A stretch of DNA of 64,000 nucleotides from a virus. Each line of letters starts with the position of its first letter. Within the stretch, counting starts at the first letter, position 1. This document shows, in pieces, positions 8,680-18,012 of this stretch. Both the position numbers and the translations under genes were made by a program. The DNA is taken from positions 4,994 to 68,993 of the IMG/VR virus record IMGVR_UViG_3300025127_000024; one strand, 5' to 3'. The notes below the pieces were generated by a model that did not search any database, was not told where the DNA came from, and saw only the letters and a list, made by a program, of their open reading frames with translations.

Positions 8680-10398
8680 CTATTCCCAAGGCATTGGTTC
8701 GTTATCATTAACTAAAGGTATTTGTGGTACAAAACAACCTGATCTAGAGTCCCATGTAAAAAATGCTTCAGCTCCATTTTCACCTAGGTTTTGAAACTTA
8801 ACCTTTAATACTTTAACTTTAGTATTTTTAGCTTCATAATCTCTATGTACTAACAAGCCGTGGTAACTAGCGTCATACCATTCACCACCACCCTTTATGT
8901 TATACATTGTGGGCTCTTCAATTTTACCGTCTTTATCTTTATACATTTTAGTTGGATGTGCTACAATAAAAACAAGCACGTCAAACTTTTTAGCAAATGC
9001 TTCTATTTTCATTAAGTATTCCATTGTATACTTGTTAACGTCTTCTGTTTTACAGTCAACATCTCTTACTTTATTATAAGGATCGATAACCAAACATTTA
9101 ATACCTTTGCGTTTAACAAGCTCTGCACCTTTACGTAGTACTGATTCTAAACTGTATTTATCCATGTCAATAAAAAAGAAATTATCATTAACATGGTTAG
9201 CAACTTGTTTCCATTTAGTTGTACCTATATCTTGTTTTTTAGGCATATCGCCCCATACTTTACGCATTAGTTTATGAGCATGTAAATATGTGGGTGCATT
9301 TTCTGGTGATGCAAAAGCTGTTTTCCAACCATAATTTTGATTATACCCTACAACCATTTGGTCAACAAAATCAGACTTACCGCTACTAGGTATGCCAGTA
9401 ACAGTAATAAACTGACGGGTGTATGTTGAAAAAATTTCATCAAAGTTACTAAGACCGATTTGATAACCGGGTTTAAACCCATGTTTAACAAAGTCTGTGA
9501 CTTCTCCTTCGATGTCTTTGAACGTCGTGACATTTTCGAGAGGATACGGTCTTGCTTTTGTAATACACTTTTGTAAACTTTCTTTGCCATATTTAAGTAA
9601 GTATTCATTAGCATCTTTACAGTCTTCAAAATCTACTAAAAAACAAGTTTCAGCACCTAGTCTTCTTACTAACTCACGTTGTAACGCTTGACCAGCCTCA
9701 TCTGTATCAACTGCTAATATTATTTTTTCTTTATCTTCAAAATAATCTATACAATTATCTAAGTAATCTAAATTGTTACTATTTAATGTAGCGCCGTTAG
9801 GAACTGATATTACATTTTTAACACCAGATTCATGAAGCGCTAATACATCCATTTCACCTTCAGTTATAATGCAAGTGTCATATCCTACAATACTATTTAT
9901 ATTGTAAAATACTTTTTCAGCACCTTTATATAACTTAAAGTTTTTACGACCATCTCTATATTTTACATTTATAAGTTGATCACCCATAAAGTAATTAAAC
10001 TTTATAGTATTCTCGGTCTTACCGGTTTGTGGCATATACTCAGGACCCTCACTAATCTGTAGATTAATAAGAGTCTCTGTAGATATACCTCTTGTTTCAA
10101 ACCATTTAGCTACTTTAGTACGAGGAATATTAAATTCCTCTTTTGGTGGATCAACTGGTCTAACGTATTCTTTTTCGCTAGATCCTTTTCGTTGATACGT
10201 GTGTAACTGAAATGATGTGCTACAATTATGACAAGTGCCGAGACCCCGTTCCCAATCATACGAAGCACATTTAAGCTTTTGATTTTTGGGTTTCCTAGTA
10301 TGCGAGCAAAGAGGGCATATACCCTGCTTTTTCCCTGTTTCTAGATTAAACTGATTGAACTTGTCAATCAAGAATCCATTGATCTCTGTTGTCTGCAT
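8680..10398 (-). CDS. T7 gp4/Twinkle-type primase-helicase
   Basis: Zn finger CPLC...CHNC, TOPRIM EGEMD/DTDEAG, KDANE, Walker A GIPSSGKS, LVIDPY, VAHPTK. Confidence 0.93.
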   Translation of the reverse strand: MQTTEINGFLIDKFNQFNLETGKKQGICPLCSHTRKPKNQKLKCASYDWERGLGTCHNCSTSFQLHTYQRKGSSEKEYVRPVDPPKEEFNIPRTKVAKWFETRGISTETLINLQISEGPEYMPQTGKTENTIKFNYFMGDQLINVKYRDGRKNFKLYKGAEKVFYNINSIVGYDTCIITEGEMDVLALHESGVKNVISVPNGATLNSNNLDYLDNCIDYFEDKEKIILAVDTDEAGQALQRELVRRLGAETCFLVDFEDCKDANEYLLKYGKESLQKCITKARPYPLENVTTFKDIEGEVTDFVKHGFKPGYQIGLSNFDEIFSTYTRQFITVTGIPSSGKSDFVDQMVVGYNQNYGWKTAFASPENAPTYLHAHKLMRKVWGDMPKKQDIGTTKWKQVANHVNDNFFFIDMDKYSLESVLRKGAELVKRKGIKCLVIDPYNKVRDVDCKTEDVNKYTMEYLMKIEAFAKKFDVLVFIVAHPTKMYKDKDGKIEEPTMYNIKGGGEWYDASYHGLLVHRDYEAKNTKVKVLKVKFQNLGENGAEAFFTWDSRSGCFVPQIPLVNDNEPMPWE

Positions 10399-10752
10399 TT
10401 ATTGTAATTTTAATGCGGTTAATAACTCTTCATTAAATGCTCCTTCTATCATTATATTGGTACCGCTTTTAGTCCATAGCATTGTCGTGGGATATAACGA
10501 CACACTAGACTTTTTGTTATTTGTTTCATCAACAAAAATAGCGTACCAATTAGCATTTATAAAATCAGCATTTTCATCTAACATAGCTTTAACTTTTTGG
10601 CAATGTTTACACCAGTCTGCACTGTGAAGTTTTATTACAGTTCTTTTTTCTTGTTTAAATAATTCCTGTACTTCGTCGTCTGTGTACCAGTTTACTTGTG
10701 CCATAGCTATATTAGTTATTAATAAAAATAATAGACTAAAACGGTAGATCAT
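10399..10752 (-). CDS. thioredoxin-like protein with signal peptide
   Basis: Signal MIYRFSLLFLLITNIAMAQ; WCKHC; YPT cis-Pro motif. Confidence 0.8.
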   Translation of the reverse strand: MIYRFSLLFLLITNIAMAQVNWYTDDEVQELFKQEKRTVIKLHSADWCKHCQKVKAMLDENADFINANWYAIFVDETNNKKSSVSLYPTTMLWTKSGTNIMIEGAFNEELLTALKLQ

Positions 10753-11047
10753 CTTCTACTACTGCTTGCTTAGGCGCGGCTTGCGCTGGTTGATCTTGCC
10801 TAGGCGCAACATTTACGTTATCCCCGTTAGTCCATACAACTTGAACGTTTCCAAGAAAAACTTTTTCTGTTTTTGCTTCACGTTCCTCTTTTGTCTGTGA
10901 TATTACAACTGGTCCATTATTACCGAACTGATCAACCTCGTCGTTAATGGTTATTGTAATAGGTAAGTATTTTCCCTTTTTACCTTCGATAATTTTACTT
11001 TTATCTATTTTATTAAGGTTAATACTTGTTTTTAAAATTGATGCCAT
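10736..11047 (-). CDS. single-stranded DNA-binding protein (Bacteroidota phage type)
   Basis: Small beta-rich protein with acidic C-terminal EDDLPF, located in the replication module. Confidence 0.65.
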   Translation of the reverse strand: MASILKTSINLNKIDKSKIIEGKKGKYLPITITINDEVDQFGNNGPVVISQTKEEREAKTEKVFLGNVQVVWTNGDNVNVAPRQDQPAQAAPKQAVVEDDLPF

Positions 11048-11048
11048 A

Positions 11049-11228
11049 TTATGCGTATTGATTTATTTGATTAAACATTCTTTGCATTTGTTCTTTAGTA
11101 GCGTTAGTTGTTCTTCTTAAGTTGTCAACAGCTTTTACATGGTTTTGATTCTTGTAAAAATTGTTTGTTGAAGTTTCTAATCCTGTTACTGAACAAACTT
11201 TAGTTTGGTTTTTTCTGGTTCTTGCCAT
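11049..11228 (-). CDS. small hypothetical protein (59 aa)
   Basis: Read by hand: MARTRKNQTKVCSVTG...NQYA*; fills the gap exactly. Confidence 0.6.
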   Translation of the reverse strand: MARTRKNQTKVCSVTGLETSTNNFYKNQNHVKAVDNLRRTTNATKEQMQRMFNQINQYA

Positions 11229-11230
11229 AA

Positions 11231-11962
11231 TTATAAGGTTTTATTAATAAAATACTGCTTAGGGTCAAAGTCTTTGTTCTTATAAAATAACTTATAAGCC
11301 TCCACTGCTCGTTGGACTTTGTCTTGACCTTTAGCATAAAATTCTGGTGAGCAGTCAAACAAACCTATTTGGTGTGTAGTTTTATCTATTACAATAAATA
11401 ACATTTCATAACCAAAAAGTTCGCTGTAAATATAAGCTTGTGAGTCGTAATTGTATTTAGAAGCAGACCACTTAAATTTATTAATATCAGCTGTTGTTTT
11501 TAAATCAATAACTAATTTTTCATTGTGGTTTATAATATCTGCTTTACCTTTCCACATTTCGCCTTCAAGCTTTTTAATACCCGGCGTTTCATATTCTGTA
11601 TTACTATCTCTTATTAAGTCTTTGCATATTTTATTTTCTAACATAGTGTCAGATAATTTTTCTATTGCATCAACCTCATGTTGTAGTAAACATAGTTCTC
11701 CACCGGACATCTCTTTGTATGCTTTAGTATTTCTAGTGGTAGATTCAATCACTTTATACTTTTTCAGTTTATCTGGTTCAAGTATAGCTGTGTGAAAATA
11801 TCCACCAACTAGAAACGCAGGTCGCTGTGCTTGCTGCTTGCCTAAAGCTAAAGGATTTGTAAGTAAAGTTGCAATGTCAGAGTTACTGAGATACTTTTTA
11901 CCAAAGTCACCGTAGTAATGCTCATCGTCGCGTAGCTTTTCAATTACATTTTGTTTATCCAT
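11231..11962 (-). CDS. RecE/DUF3799-like PD-(D/E)xK exonuclease
   Basis: LSNSDI, GGYFHTAILEP, KGKADI, IDLKTT and YDSQAYIY motifs. Confidence 0.85.
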   Translation of the reverse strand: MDKQNVIEKLRDDEHYYGDFGKKYLSNSDIATLLTNPLALGKQQAQRPAFLVGGYFHTAILEPDKLKKYKVIESTTRNTKAYKEMSGGELCLLQHEVDAIEKLSDTMLENKICKDLIRDSNTEYETPGIKKLEGEMWKGKADIINHNEKLVIDLKTTADINKFKWSASKYNYDSQAYIYSELFGYEMLFIVIDKTTHQIGLFDCSPEFYAKGQDKVQRAVEAYKLFYKNKDFDPKQYFINKTL

Positions 11963-12504
11963 TAGAGAGTATTTAGTTCGGCCTCAACTTCTTTAGATAA
12001 GGCATACTTAGCTTTTATAGCATTTAACTTACCTCCTGATTTTATATAATCCTTAGCTTTTGCAAATGCTGGATCTGATTTAGAGGTTAATGTGTTTTTT
12101 GCTTTCGGTGCTTTACCGTGTGTATTAACAGCATCGCTGTCTTGTGTGTCATCGATTAGGAATAAATTTCCTAGTGCATACTTCTTAGCGTAACTCGAAG
12201 CAGAACCAAACTGCTGAGGTGCTTGCATACCTTTTTGGTTAAGGTCAACTCCAACTACTGATGTAGCTGTTACTGTACCTTTACCATCAGTTACTGTAGC
12301 TGTTGTTTGTATAACAGGCATTGGCTCTGTTGCAATCAACTCTTCATTAACTGTTACGGTAACTCCTAACTCTAGCAGAAAGGGTTTTGTGGCTTCGAGA
12401 ATGTCTTCGGCTGACCTGAAGTAATACTTGCCGAATGAATTAAATCTACTTTTCTTCGATTTAAATTTTGTCTGAATTTGTGTAAGTTTTTCGTATATGG
12501 TCAT
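11962..12504 (-). CDS. ERF-family ssDNA annealing protein
   Basis: FNSFGKYYFRSAEDI and QQFGSASSYAKKYAL...DDTQDSD. Confidence 0.88.
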   Translation of the reverse strand: MTIYEKLTQIQTKFKSKKSRFNSFGKYYFRSAEDILEATKPFLLELGVTVTVNEELIATEPMPVIQTTATVTDGKGTVTATSVVGVDLNQKGMQAPQQFGSASSYAKKYALGNLFLIDDTQDSDAVNTHGKAPKAKNTLTSKSDPAFAKAKDYIKSGGKLNAIKAKYALSKEVEAELNTL

Positions 12505-12509
12505 AGTAT

Positions 12510-12538
12510 TATAATTACATGTTTAATTGTTAATTTAC
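12510..12538 (-). promoter_or_regulatory. class-2 phage promoter GTAAA-N15-GTAATTATA
   Basis: Near-identical to the + strand copy at 52922; 5 nt upstream of the ERF ATG. Confidence 0.65.
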
Positions 12539-12547
12539 ATATCTAAC

Positions 12548-13303
12548 CTACAGATAATCAAGCACTTGCGAGTGATCGACATTATCTATAAGTTTTTGTA
12601 CTGCTTGTTTTTTTAGCTCAGAAACTCTTACATGACTACTAACTCCAGTTATGTTTAAAGCGTCTGCTATTTCCTTAGCTGAATGCTTGTCACAATCTAA
12701 ACCGTAGCTTAATCTTAAGGCTTCATACTCGTTTTCATTTAAATGTTTTTGCATTAAACCTTTTAAATAAATATTTAGTAAAGCTATATTATAAGGCTCT
12801 GATTTATCAGGTAATTCTAGCATCATATTTTCTCCATACTCATTTGTTGGTTGAGCATCTATAGATAAAAATACAGAATTAAAAAACATAGCTACCATTT
12901 TTTTATCTTTAGGGTTTTTACGTATCTCGTTCATTTTATGCTCAGGTATTCTTATATCACCTCTACAAGCGTCAATGCGTCTGCGTATTAATCCTTTAAT
13001 TCTTTTACTAAAAAACGATTTTAATGTTTTTTCTATGTCTTCAGATTCTTTTAATTTGTCCCACTCTAATTTATCAACAGCTCTAGTTAAACCTTCGTTA
13101 CCTATTTGTATTAAATCATTTATAGTTAATACACCTGAAGCTTGTTGACTAGTAGAAAATTTTCTAGCTAGGTTTTCTACAAGAGGCATAAACTTTATTA
13201 CAAGTTCATCTCTTGTGTAATAATCATAAAACTTATCGTCAGGCATAGAAGTTTTTAAATCTTCTTTATACCTAATGTAGTTTTGTATATTATATTTCTT
13301 CAT
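12548..13303 (-). CDS. phage sigma-70 family factor
   Basis: Region 2 (LVENLARKF...DLIQIGNEGLTRAVDK), IRIP, and region 4 HTH (LRLSYGL...SAKEIADAL...RVSELKKQAVQKL). Confidence 0.88.
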   Translation of the reverse strand: MKKYNIQNYIRYKEDLKTSMPDDKFYDYYTRDELVIKFMPLVENLARKFSTSQQASGVLTINDLIQIGNEGLTRAVDKLEWDKLKESEDIEKTLKSFFSKRIKGLIRRRIDACRGDIRIPEHKMNEIRKNPKDKKMVAMFFNSVFLSIDAQPTNEYGENMMLELPDKSEPYNIALLNIYLKGLMQKHLNENEYEALRLSYGLDCDKHSAKEIADALNITGVSSHVRVSELKKQAVQKLIDNVDHSQVLDYL

Positions 13304-13913
13304 TTAAAATTTGTTTTTCATGTTTTAAATCTTTACATAAGTTTCTATATATAGTTCTAGTAGAACAATTAAGTAGACCCGCTACTCTGCCCCATGTAAT
13401 TTTTTTACCGTAATCATTTAAATCTAACATGCATTGATAAATAGATTCTGCATCTACATTAGATGATCTACCTATTAATTTACCTACAATACTAAGCTTT
13501 TCATTTATATTTAACATACAATAATCTTTAAATATTACTTTGCGTCTTTTGTTTATAGGTGGTTCACCACCGAGACTAAAAACATCATTAATCATTTCAT
13601 CTAGTTTTTTACTACTAATAAAGAAAGTTACAAATCCGTTTTCTTTATTAGCTATAAATCTAAATACAATTCTAGCATAACCATGCCTGACTTGTAATTC
13701 TTCATTTAGATAATACAATACAAAGAAATGCCATTTTAATGATTTATACGTAGTTATTTTAGCCTTGCTGTTAAACAAGTGATAACATTCATATGTACCA
13801 TTTTTATAGTATTTATAATGTTTGGTTTCAATAGTAGGTTTATCAGTTATAGGATCTCTTCTATAATTAACACGTCTATCATTAAGCCATTTAATATTTC
13901 TATCTTGTGACAT
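13290..13913 (-). CDS. DNA-binding protein with C-terminal HTH (possible origin-binding/Rep-like)
   Basis: C-terminal ITWGRVAGLLNCSTRTIYRNL helix-turn-helix. Confidence 0.65.
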   Translation of the reverse strand: MSQDRNIKWLNDRRVNYRRDPITDKPTIETKHYKYYKNGTYECYHLFNSKAKITTYKSLKWHFFVLYYLNEELQVRHGYARIVFRFIANKENGFVTFFISSKKLDEMINDVFSLGGEPPINKRRKVIFKDYCMLNINEKLSIVGKLIGRSSNVDAESIYQCMLDLNDYGKKITWGRVAGLLNCSTRTIYRNLCKDLKHEKQILNEEI

Positions 13914-13951
13914 TAGCCTATTACTTATTTATTATTAATAGCTTTTGTCAC
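13908..13951. promoter_or_regulatory. 44-bp inverted-repeat operator, copy 1
   Basis: TGACATTAGCCTAT...GCTTTTGTCAC, same arms and spacing as 20770-20813. Confidence 0.65.
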
Positions 13952-14033
13952 GCGTTTGTTTTTAACAAACTGCTTTATCTTAGTACGTATACCAAATACA
14001 TCTGTTTGCATTAAATGCTTATAAATTTTATAT

Positions 14034-14369
14034 CTACTCATTTATTATTGTTATTTTAACGTTATACCATTTACCTCCTTTTACGTCTTTATTCACTAGG
14101 AAGTCTATTCTTTTTTTCCATCTTTTATTCATTCTATCTTCTACAGTCCATATTCCATCTAACTGTCCTGCTCCTTCAACACAAACTTTAGTGCCAAACA
14201 CAAACCCGTGTTGCTCTAAATCTCTAGATACGGCTATCCACCGGTGACCTTGAGGATCAGCTTCATTAATTTTTTTAAGAGAGGCTGTAGTTAAATAGTC
14301 TGCATTGCATTGAGCAGGATCAGCATGGTATATTGTAGCTGTTACTAATATTGATATTAATAAATTCAT
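14034..14369 (-). CDS. 3D/RlpA-like domain cell-wall protein
   Basis: IAVSRD...GTKV...VEDRM...IDFLV three-Asp motif; hydrophobic N-terminus. Confidence 0.75.
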   Translation of the reverse strand: MNLLISILVTATIYHADPAQCNADYLTTASLKKINEADPQGHRWIAVSRDLEQHGFVFGTKVCVEGAGQLDGIWTVEDRMNKRWKKRIDFLVNKDVKGGKWYNVKITIINE

Positions 14370-14850
14370 CTGGTCTAGTTATTATTTGTTCTGTTTTACC
14401 TGCAATCAAGTATTTTTCTTGTTCATAGTAATTCCAATAAGCTGTAATACTACAACCCTCAACCTTATACTTATCAGGCATGCACTGTGGTGGTTCTGTA
14501 AACTCACCATCTGGCATACCAAATGGACATAGGTTTAATGGTTCTTTACATTTAGTTATTGTTAAATGCGTTTTACCATATCGTTTTGTATACTCGTCGC
14601 CAAGAGCTAACATATGATTATATAACCAATAGTATTGTCTAGCGTTTTGTCTACACCATATAGTAGACGGATGATTGTAATGTGCTTTTTTATACGGCAC
14701 ATAATCAGGTTTATATTCTAATGATTCAGCATAATGATGATGCGCAGTACAAAGCATTTGGGCTGATTCTAAGATCATTTTAACCACGTGCTTATTATAT
14801 TGTATCTGTGCAGCTTTAACTGGATCAGAATCTAAATAAAATATATTCAT
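14320..14850 (-). CDS. pyrimidine-dimer DNA glycosylase (endonuclease V/DenV family)
   Basis: MNIFYLD..P...KHVVKMILESAQMLCTAH; HYNHPSTIW. Confidence 0.8.
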   Translation of the reverse strand: MNIFYLDSDPVKAAQIQYNKHVVKMILESAQMLCTAHHHYAESLEYKPDYVPYKKAHYNHPSTIWCRQNARQYYWLYNHMLALGDEYTKRYGKTHLTITKCKEPLNLCPFGMPDGEFTEPPQCMPDKYKVEGCSITAYWNYYEQEKYLIAGKTEQIITRPDEFININISNSYNIPC

Positions 14851-14949
14851 TTATATCTTTTATTACTTAATCTATTATAGTGTGCGTCTAATAATATATG
14901 AGCAACTTCTTCGCTGATCATATTATCATTATATAATTTCCATATTACT

Positions 14950-15783
14950 TTACTCATAGTTTCTAATACATTTAAATAGCGGGTGTCTATAACTACCTGC
15001 TTGTGTTCGTTGAAAATAGGTAAAGGTAGCGCGCTGACCAATATAGTCATTAATATTAAGCAGCATATTTGCTAAATCCTTGTAGTTGTAGCCTTTGCCC
15101 GGTGGACAACCGAACTGTACACCTTCGTCATCTAGCATCAGAAACTTGCCAAGCGTGCCTGTCCTTTTGCCTTTACCTAGTTCATAACCTACAATGGTTG
15201 CTTCAGAATCACTGAAGTCTTTGAACTTCATAAGATCGTAAGACCTACCGTGTTTGTATAGACCATCTAGCCTAATGATAGAGCCTTCGTAGCCTTCACT
15301 AAGATATGTTGCATGAAGTTCTCTAGCATAATTGTAGCTATCAACAAGCTTAGCAGGTACATACTTGATCTGAGCATCATATATGTCTGATGTCACAAGT
15401 TGTTGCATACGAGTTTTGTAGCTGTCATACATGACGCCATCAAAGTAATCGTATACGTGAAACTGCACAAGATGTTGAGCATCTAGTCTATCATCTGCGG
15501 TAGGCTTTTGCTTACGAACTAATGATATAATCTTTTCAAAATCACGTTTTAGTTTGTGATTGTATAATTCACCGTCAAGTACAACATCTGGTTGTTGTTG
15601 AAAAAACGGTATAAGTGCTAACTCAATATGAGCTAGATTTTTAAATTGCTTGCCAGTACGTGAATACGCGCCATTTTTAGTAAATAGACAGCGTACACCG
15701 TCTAGCTTAGCTTGTATGTATACAGGTTTAGACCAGTCAACTCGTGACTCGTCAAACTTGTGTGCTAGCATAGGTTTTTGCAT
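14950..15783 (-). CDS. ATP-dependent DNA ligase
   Basis: KPMLA, motif I KLDGVR, LDGELY, EGSIIR, LMKFK; start set at MQKPMLA. Confidence 0.92.
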   Translation of the reverse strand: MQKPMLAHKFDESRVDWSKPVYIQAKLDGVRCLFTKNGAYSRTGKQFKNLAHIELALIPFFQQQPDVVLDGELYNHKLKRDFEKIISLVRKQKPTADDRLDAQHLVQFHVYDYFDGVMYDSYKTRMQQLVTSDIYDAQIKYVPAKLVDSYNYARELHATYLSEGYEGSIIRLDGLYKHGRSYDLMKFKDFSDSEATIVGYELGKGKRTGTLGKFLMLDDEGVQFGCPPGKGYNYKDLANMLLNINDYIGQRATFTYFQRTQAGSYRHPLFKCIRNYE

Positions 15784-15784
15784 A

Positions 15785-16024
15785 TTATTTAAATTTTTTA
15801 AGTTTATTTTCAATATTTGTTATTTTTTCTTTTAAAACTTTACAAGCTTCATAGTTTTCACGTTTAAGCTCAAAGTCTAATTTAGTCATAGCAGAAGCTA
15901 ATTCTCCTAATAATACCTCTTCTTGATCCTCTTCGGGAAGACTAAAAATACTTATTTCAGTAAATTTTTCCATAACTCTATTAGCTATGTCTTCTGCTAG
16001 TTTGTCTAATTGTTTTTCTGTCAT
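15785..16024 (-). CDS. hypothetical protein with UVR-like coiled motif
   Basis: ENYEACKVLKEKI resembles the UvrB/C motif; promoter immediately upstream. Confidence 0.55.
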   Translation of the reverse strand: MTEKQLDKLAEDIANRVMEKFTEISIFSLPEEDQEEVLLGELASAMTKLDFELKRENYEACKVLKEKITNIENKLKKFK

Positions 16025-16028
16025 ATTA

Positions 16029-16060
16029 TATTATCTAACTGTTTTCGTATTTAGTTTGTA
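16029..16060 (-). promoter_or_regulatory. class-1 (early) promoter TACAA-N4-AATACGA-N9-GATAATA
   Basis: Exact motif copy 1 of 7 on the minus strand. Confidence 0.8.
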
Positions 16061-16520
16061 ATTCTTTATATCTAGTCTCACCGTTAGCAAAATCAGTATA
16101 GTACATAGGTTCTTTCTGATTCATATATTTAGATATAATCTTTTCTGGTTTTAATACAAAAACACACTGATTAGAATACATATTCCAACAACTTACGTGT
16201 ATTTTGTCTTTATTACCAGTCCATATAATATATCTGTACTCATGATCTATTCTATCTGCTTTAGGATATAAATAAACACTATCGTAATAAAAATCGTGTA
16301 CAAATTTTGATGCCAGTCTTGAACCATCTTGACACCCGTTACTGTGTGTCATTAGCCAATTAGCTATTTGCACAGCTTGCCATTCAGGATAACCATCGTG
16401 GTGCTGATACATATTTACATAGCTTTTGTCTTGTACAAGATCAGGGTGTATAGCAAATCCTTCTGGATACTTGCTACTATGTTCACGGTCTACGACCATT
16501 GTTAAGTTTCTAGTGCTCAT
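16035..16520 (-). CDS. conserved phage hypothetical protein (YxHxDGYPE motif)
   Basis: MSTR...YQHHDGYPE motif. Confidence 0.7.
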   Translation of the reverse strand: MSTRNLTMVVDREHSSKYPEGFAIHPDLVQDKSYVNMYQHHDGYPEWQAVQIANWLMTHSNGCQDGSRLASKFVHDFYYDSVYLYPKADRIDHEYRYIIWTGNKDKIHVSCWNMYSNQCVFVLKPEKIISKYMNQKEPMYYTDFANGETRYKELQTKYENS

Positions 16521-16707
16521 GTTCTACTAGTATTTGCTCGATTTCATGATCGAGATTAGTAATTTCTCTTGCAAGATCTAAAAAATTTCTAAGAGCATTA
16601 ACTTCATAGTTGCTAAGCTCATCTGTTTCTCTGTCTTCGATCGCATTTATGCAATCTCTCATGTCTCTGACGGTATTTTCAAACCGACAATAACTCATAT
16701 TTGCCAT
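16510..16707 (-). CDS. conserved phage hypothetical protein (MSYCRFENT)
   Basis: Recognisable N-terminal motif. Confidence 0.7.
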   Translation of the reverse strand: MANMSYCRFENTVRDMRDCINAIEDRETDELSNYEVNALRNFLDLAREITNLDHEIEQILVEHEH

Positions 16708-16728
16708 ATTTATTTATTTATAATTTAG

Positions 16729-16802
16729 GTGCGCAGGGTGGACTCGAACCACCGACCTCGAGTTTATGAGACTCGCGAGCTAACCAGCTGCTCTACCGCG
16801 CA
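16729..16802 (-). tRNA. tRNA with CAT anticodon (Met, or Ile2 if lysidine-modified)
   Basis: Full cloverleaf: TGCGCGG/CTGCGCA acceptor, GAGC/GCTC D stem, CGAGT-CTCATAA-ACTCG anticodon arm, GGTGG-TTCGAGT-CCACC T arm. Confidence 0.92.
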
Positions 16803-16806
16803 ATTT

Positions 16807-17055
16807 TTAATCTAGTAAAACCATATAGGCTTCTATATTGTTTTTAGAAAACCATCTTAGTGCTTTATGAAAGTCATCTTTGTGTTTATCAGTGACAATA
16901 CCTGCTATCTGAGAGCCAATAATAAAATCATACATAGATAACTCTTCAGCTGTAAGCTCATATTCTTCGCCAGAAAATGGATTTTTAACAGTATCGCCAG
17001 ATTTGTATATCATTCCATTGAACCATTTAGGTAATTTATTCTTTTTCCCACTCAT
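16807..17055 (-). CDS. hypothetical protein
   Basis: ORF track. Confidence 0.65.
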   Translation of the reverse strand: MSGKKNKLPKWFNGMIYKSGDTVKNPFSGEEYELTAEELSMYDFIIGSQIAGIVTDKHKDDFHKALRWFSKNNIEAYMVLLD

Positions 17056-17482
17056 ATCCTTCTTCTATTAATTCGTTTTCAACTTCTTGTTTCATATCGC
17101 TCCAATATTCTTCGTATACTTCTTCAATAGCATCTTGATAAGCATACTCATCTTTATTGTATTCATCTATGTATATTGCTAAACCATCATAGATAGCTTG
17201 TGGTAGTTTTTCTAACCAATCAGACTCATAATAGTATAAATCTTGTTCAATATACGGTGATCTGTCATCTTCAGTAGCCATATATACTTCATAACCATCC
17301 GCTGTTGTTTGTGTATAGAAAAACATTTGACAGGATCCGTTCCAGTCTGTTTTAATTTCAGCGTCATAGTATTTTAATACTACTTTTTCCGCTTCTTCAG
17401 TGTCTAATTCTCCAAGGTATACAATACCTTTTTCTTCTAGTTTTTCAAGGATTAAATCCTCTGTTAGTTTTTTAATTGCCAT
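17036..17482 (-). CDS. acidic hypothetical protein
   Basis: Very Asp/Glu/Tyr-rich early protein. Confidence 0.65.
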   Translation of the reverse strand: MAIKKLTEDLILEKLEEKGIVYLGELDTEEAEKVVLKYYDAEIKTDWNGSCQMFFYTQTTADGYEVYMATEDDRSPYIEQDLYYYESDWLEKLPQAIYDGLAIYIDEYNKDEYAYQDAIEEVYEEYWSDMKQEVENELIEEGYEWEKE

Positions 17483-17735
17483 ATTCTATTTTATCATTAT
17501 TAGTTACCATCCACTCACAATCTTTTACGCTGTGACCTGCACCATATAAAAATGCTTCACAACTTTCATGATCAGGATTCCATTCGTTTTCATCTGTACA
17601 TAACGAGCTAATGTTATATCTATATGCTTTACCGTCATTAAAATCTAGTAAAAATATATATTTAGCTGTCTCATCTGCTATTATTATTTCTTTTTCTTCG
17701 ATCATTTCAAAGTATTTTTTTACTGTATCACTCAT
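17472..17735 (-). CDS. hypothetical protein
   Basis: ORF track. Confidence 0.6.
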   Translation of the reverse strand: MSDTVKKYFEMIEEKEIIIADETAKYIFLLDFNDGKAYRYNISSLCTDENEWNPDHESCEAFLYGAGHSVKDCEWMVTNNDKIEYGN

Positions 17736-17736
17736 A

Positions 17737-17970
17737 TTATTTGCTTATTATATTATCACCATACATAAAGCTATACGCACTCATCTCCCAGCTATTTAAA
17801 TTAGCATATGTCATTAGGTCTCTAAGCTCATCAATAGTTAGCTCGTACCATAATGATTTTGACATTAATGTGTACTTTAATCTTTTAGCTGTGCTGAATT
17901 TTTTAGCACTTTCTTGTAAGTTTTGTTTTACTTCTGGTAGAAGACTTTGATAGATTGTTTTTACTGTCAT
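17737..17970 (-). CDS. hypothetical protein
   Basis: ORF track; promoter upstream. Confidence 0.6.
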   Translation of the reverse strand: MTVKTIYQSLLPEVKQNLQESAKKFSTAKRLKYTLMSKSLWYELTIDELRDLMTYANLNSWEMSAYSFMYGDNIISK

Positions 17971-17980
17971 GTTTTTATTT

Positions 17981-18012
17981 TATTATCAATTATTATTCGT
18001 ATTAGTTTTGTA
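17981..18012 (-). promoter_or_regulatory. class-1 promoter
   Basis: Exact motif copy. Confidence 0.8.
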
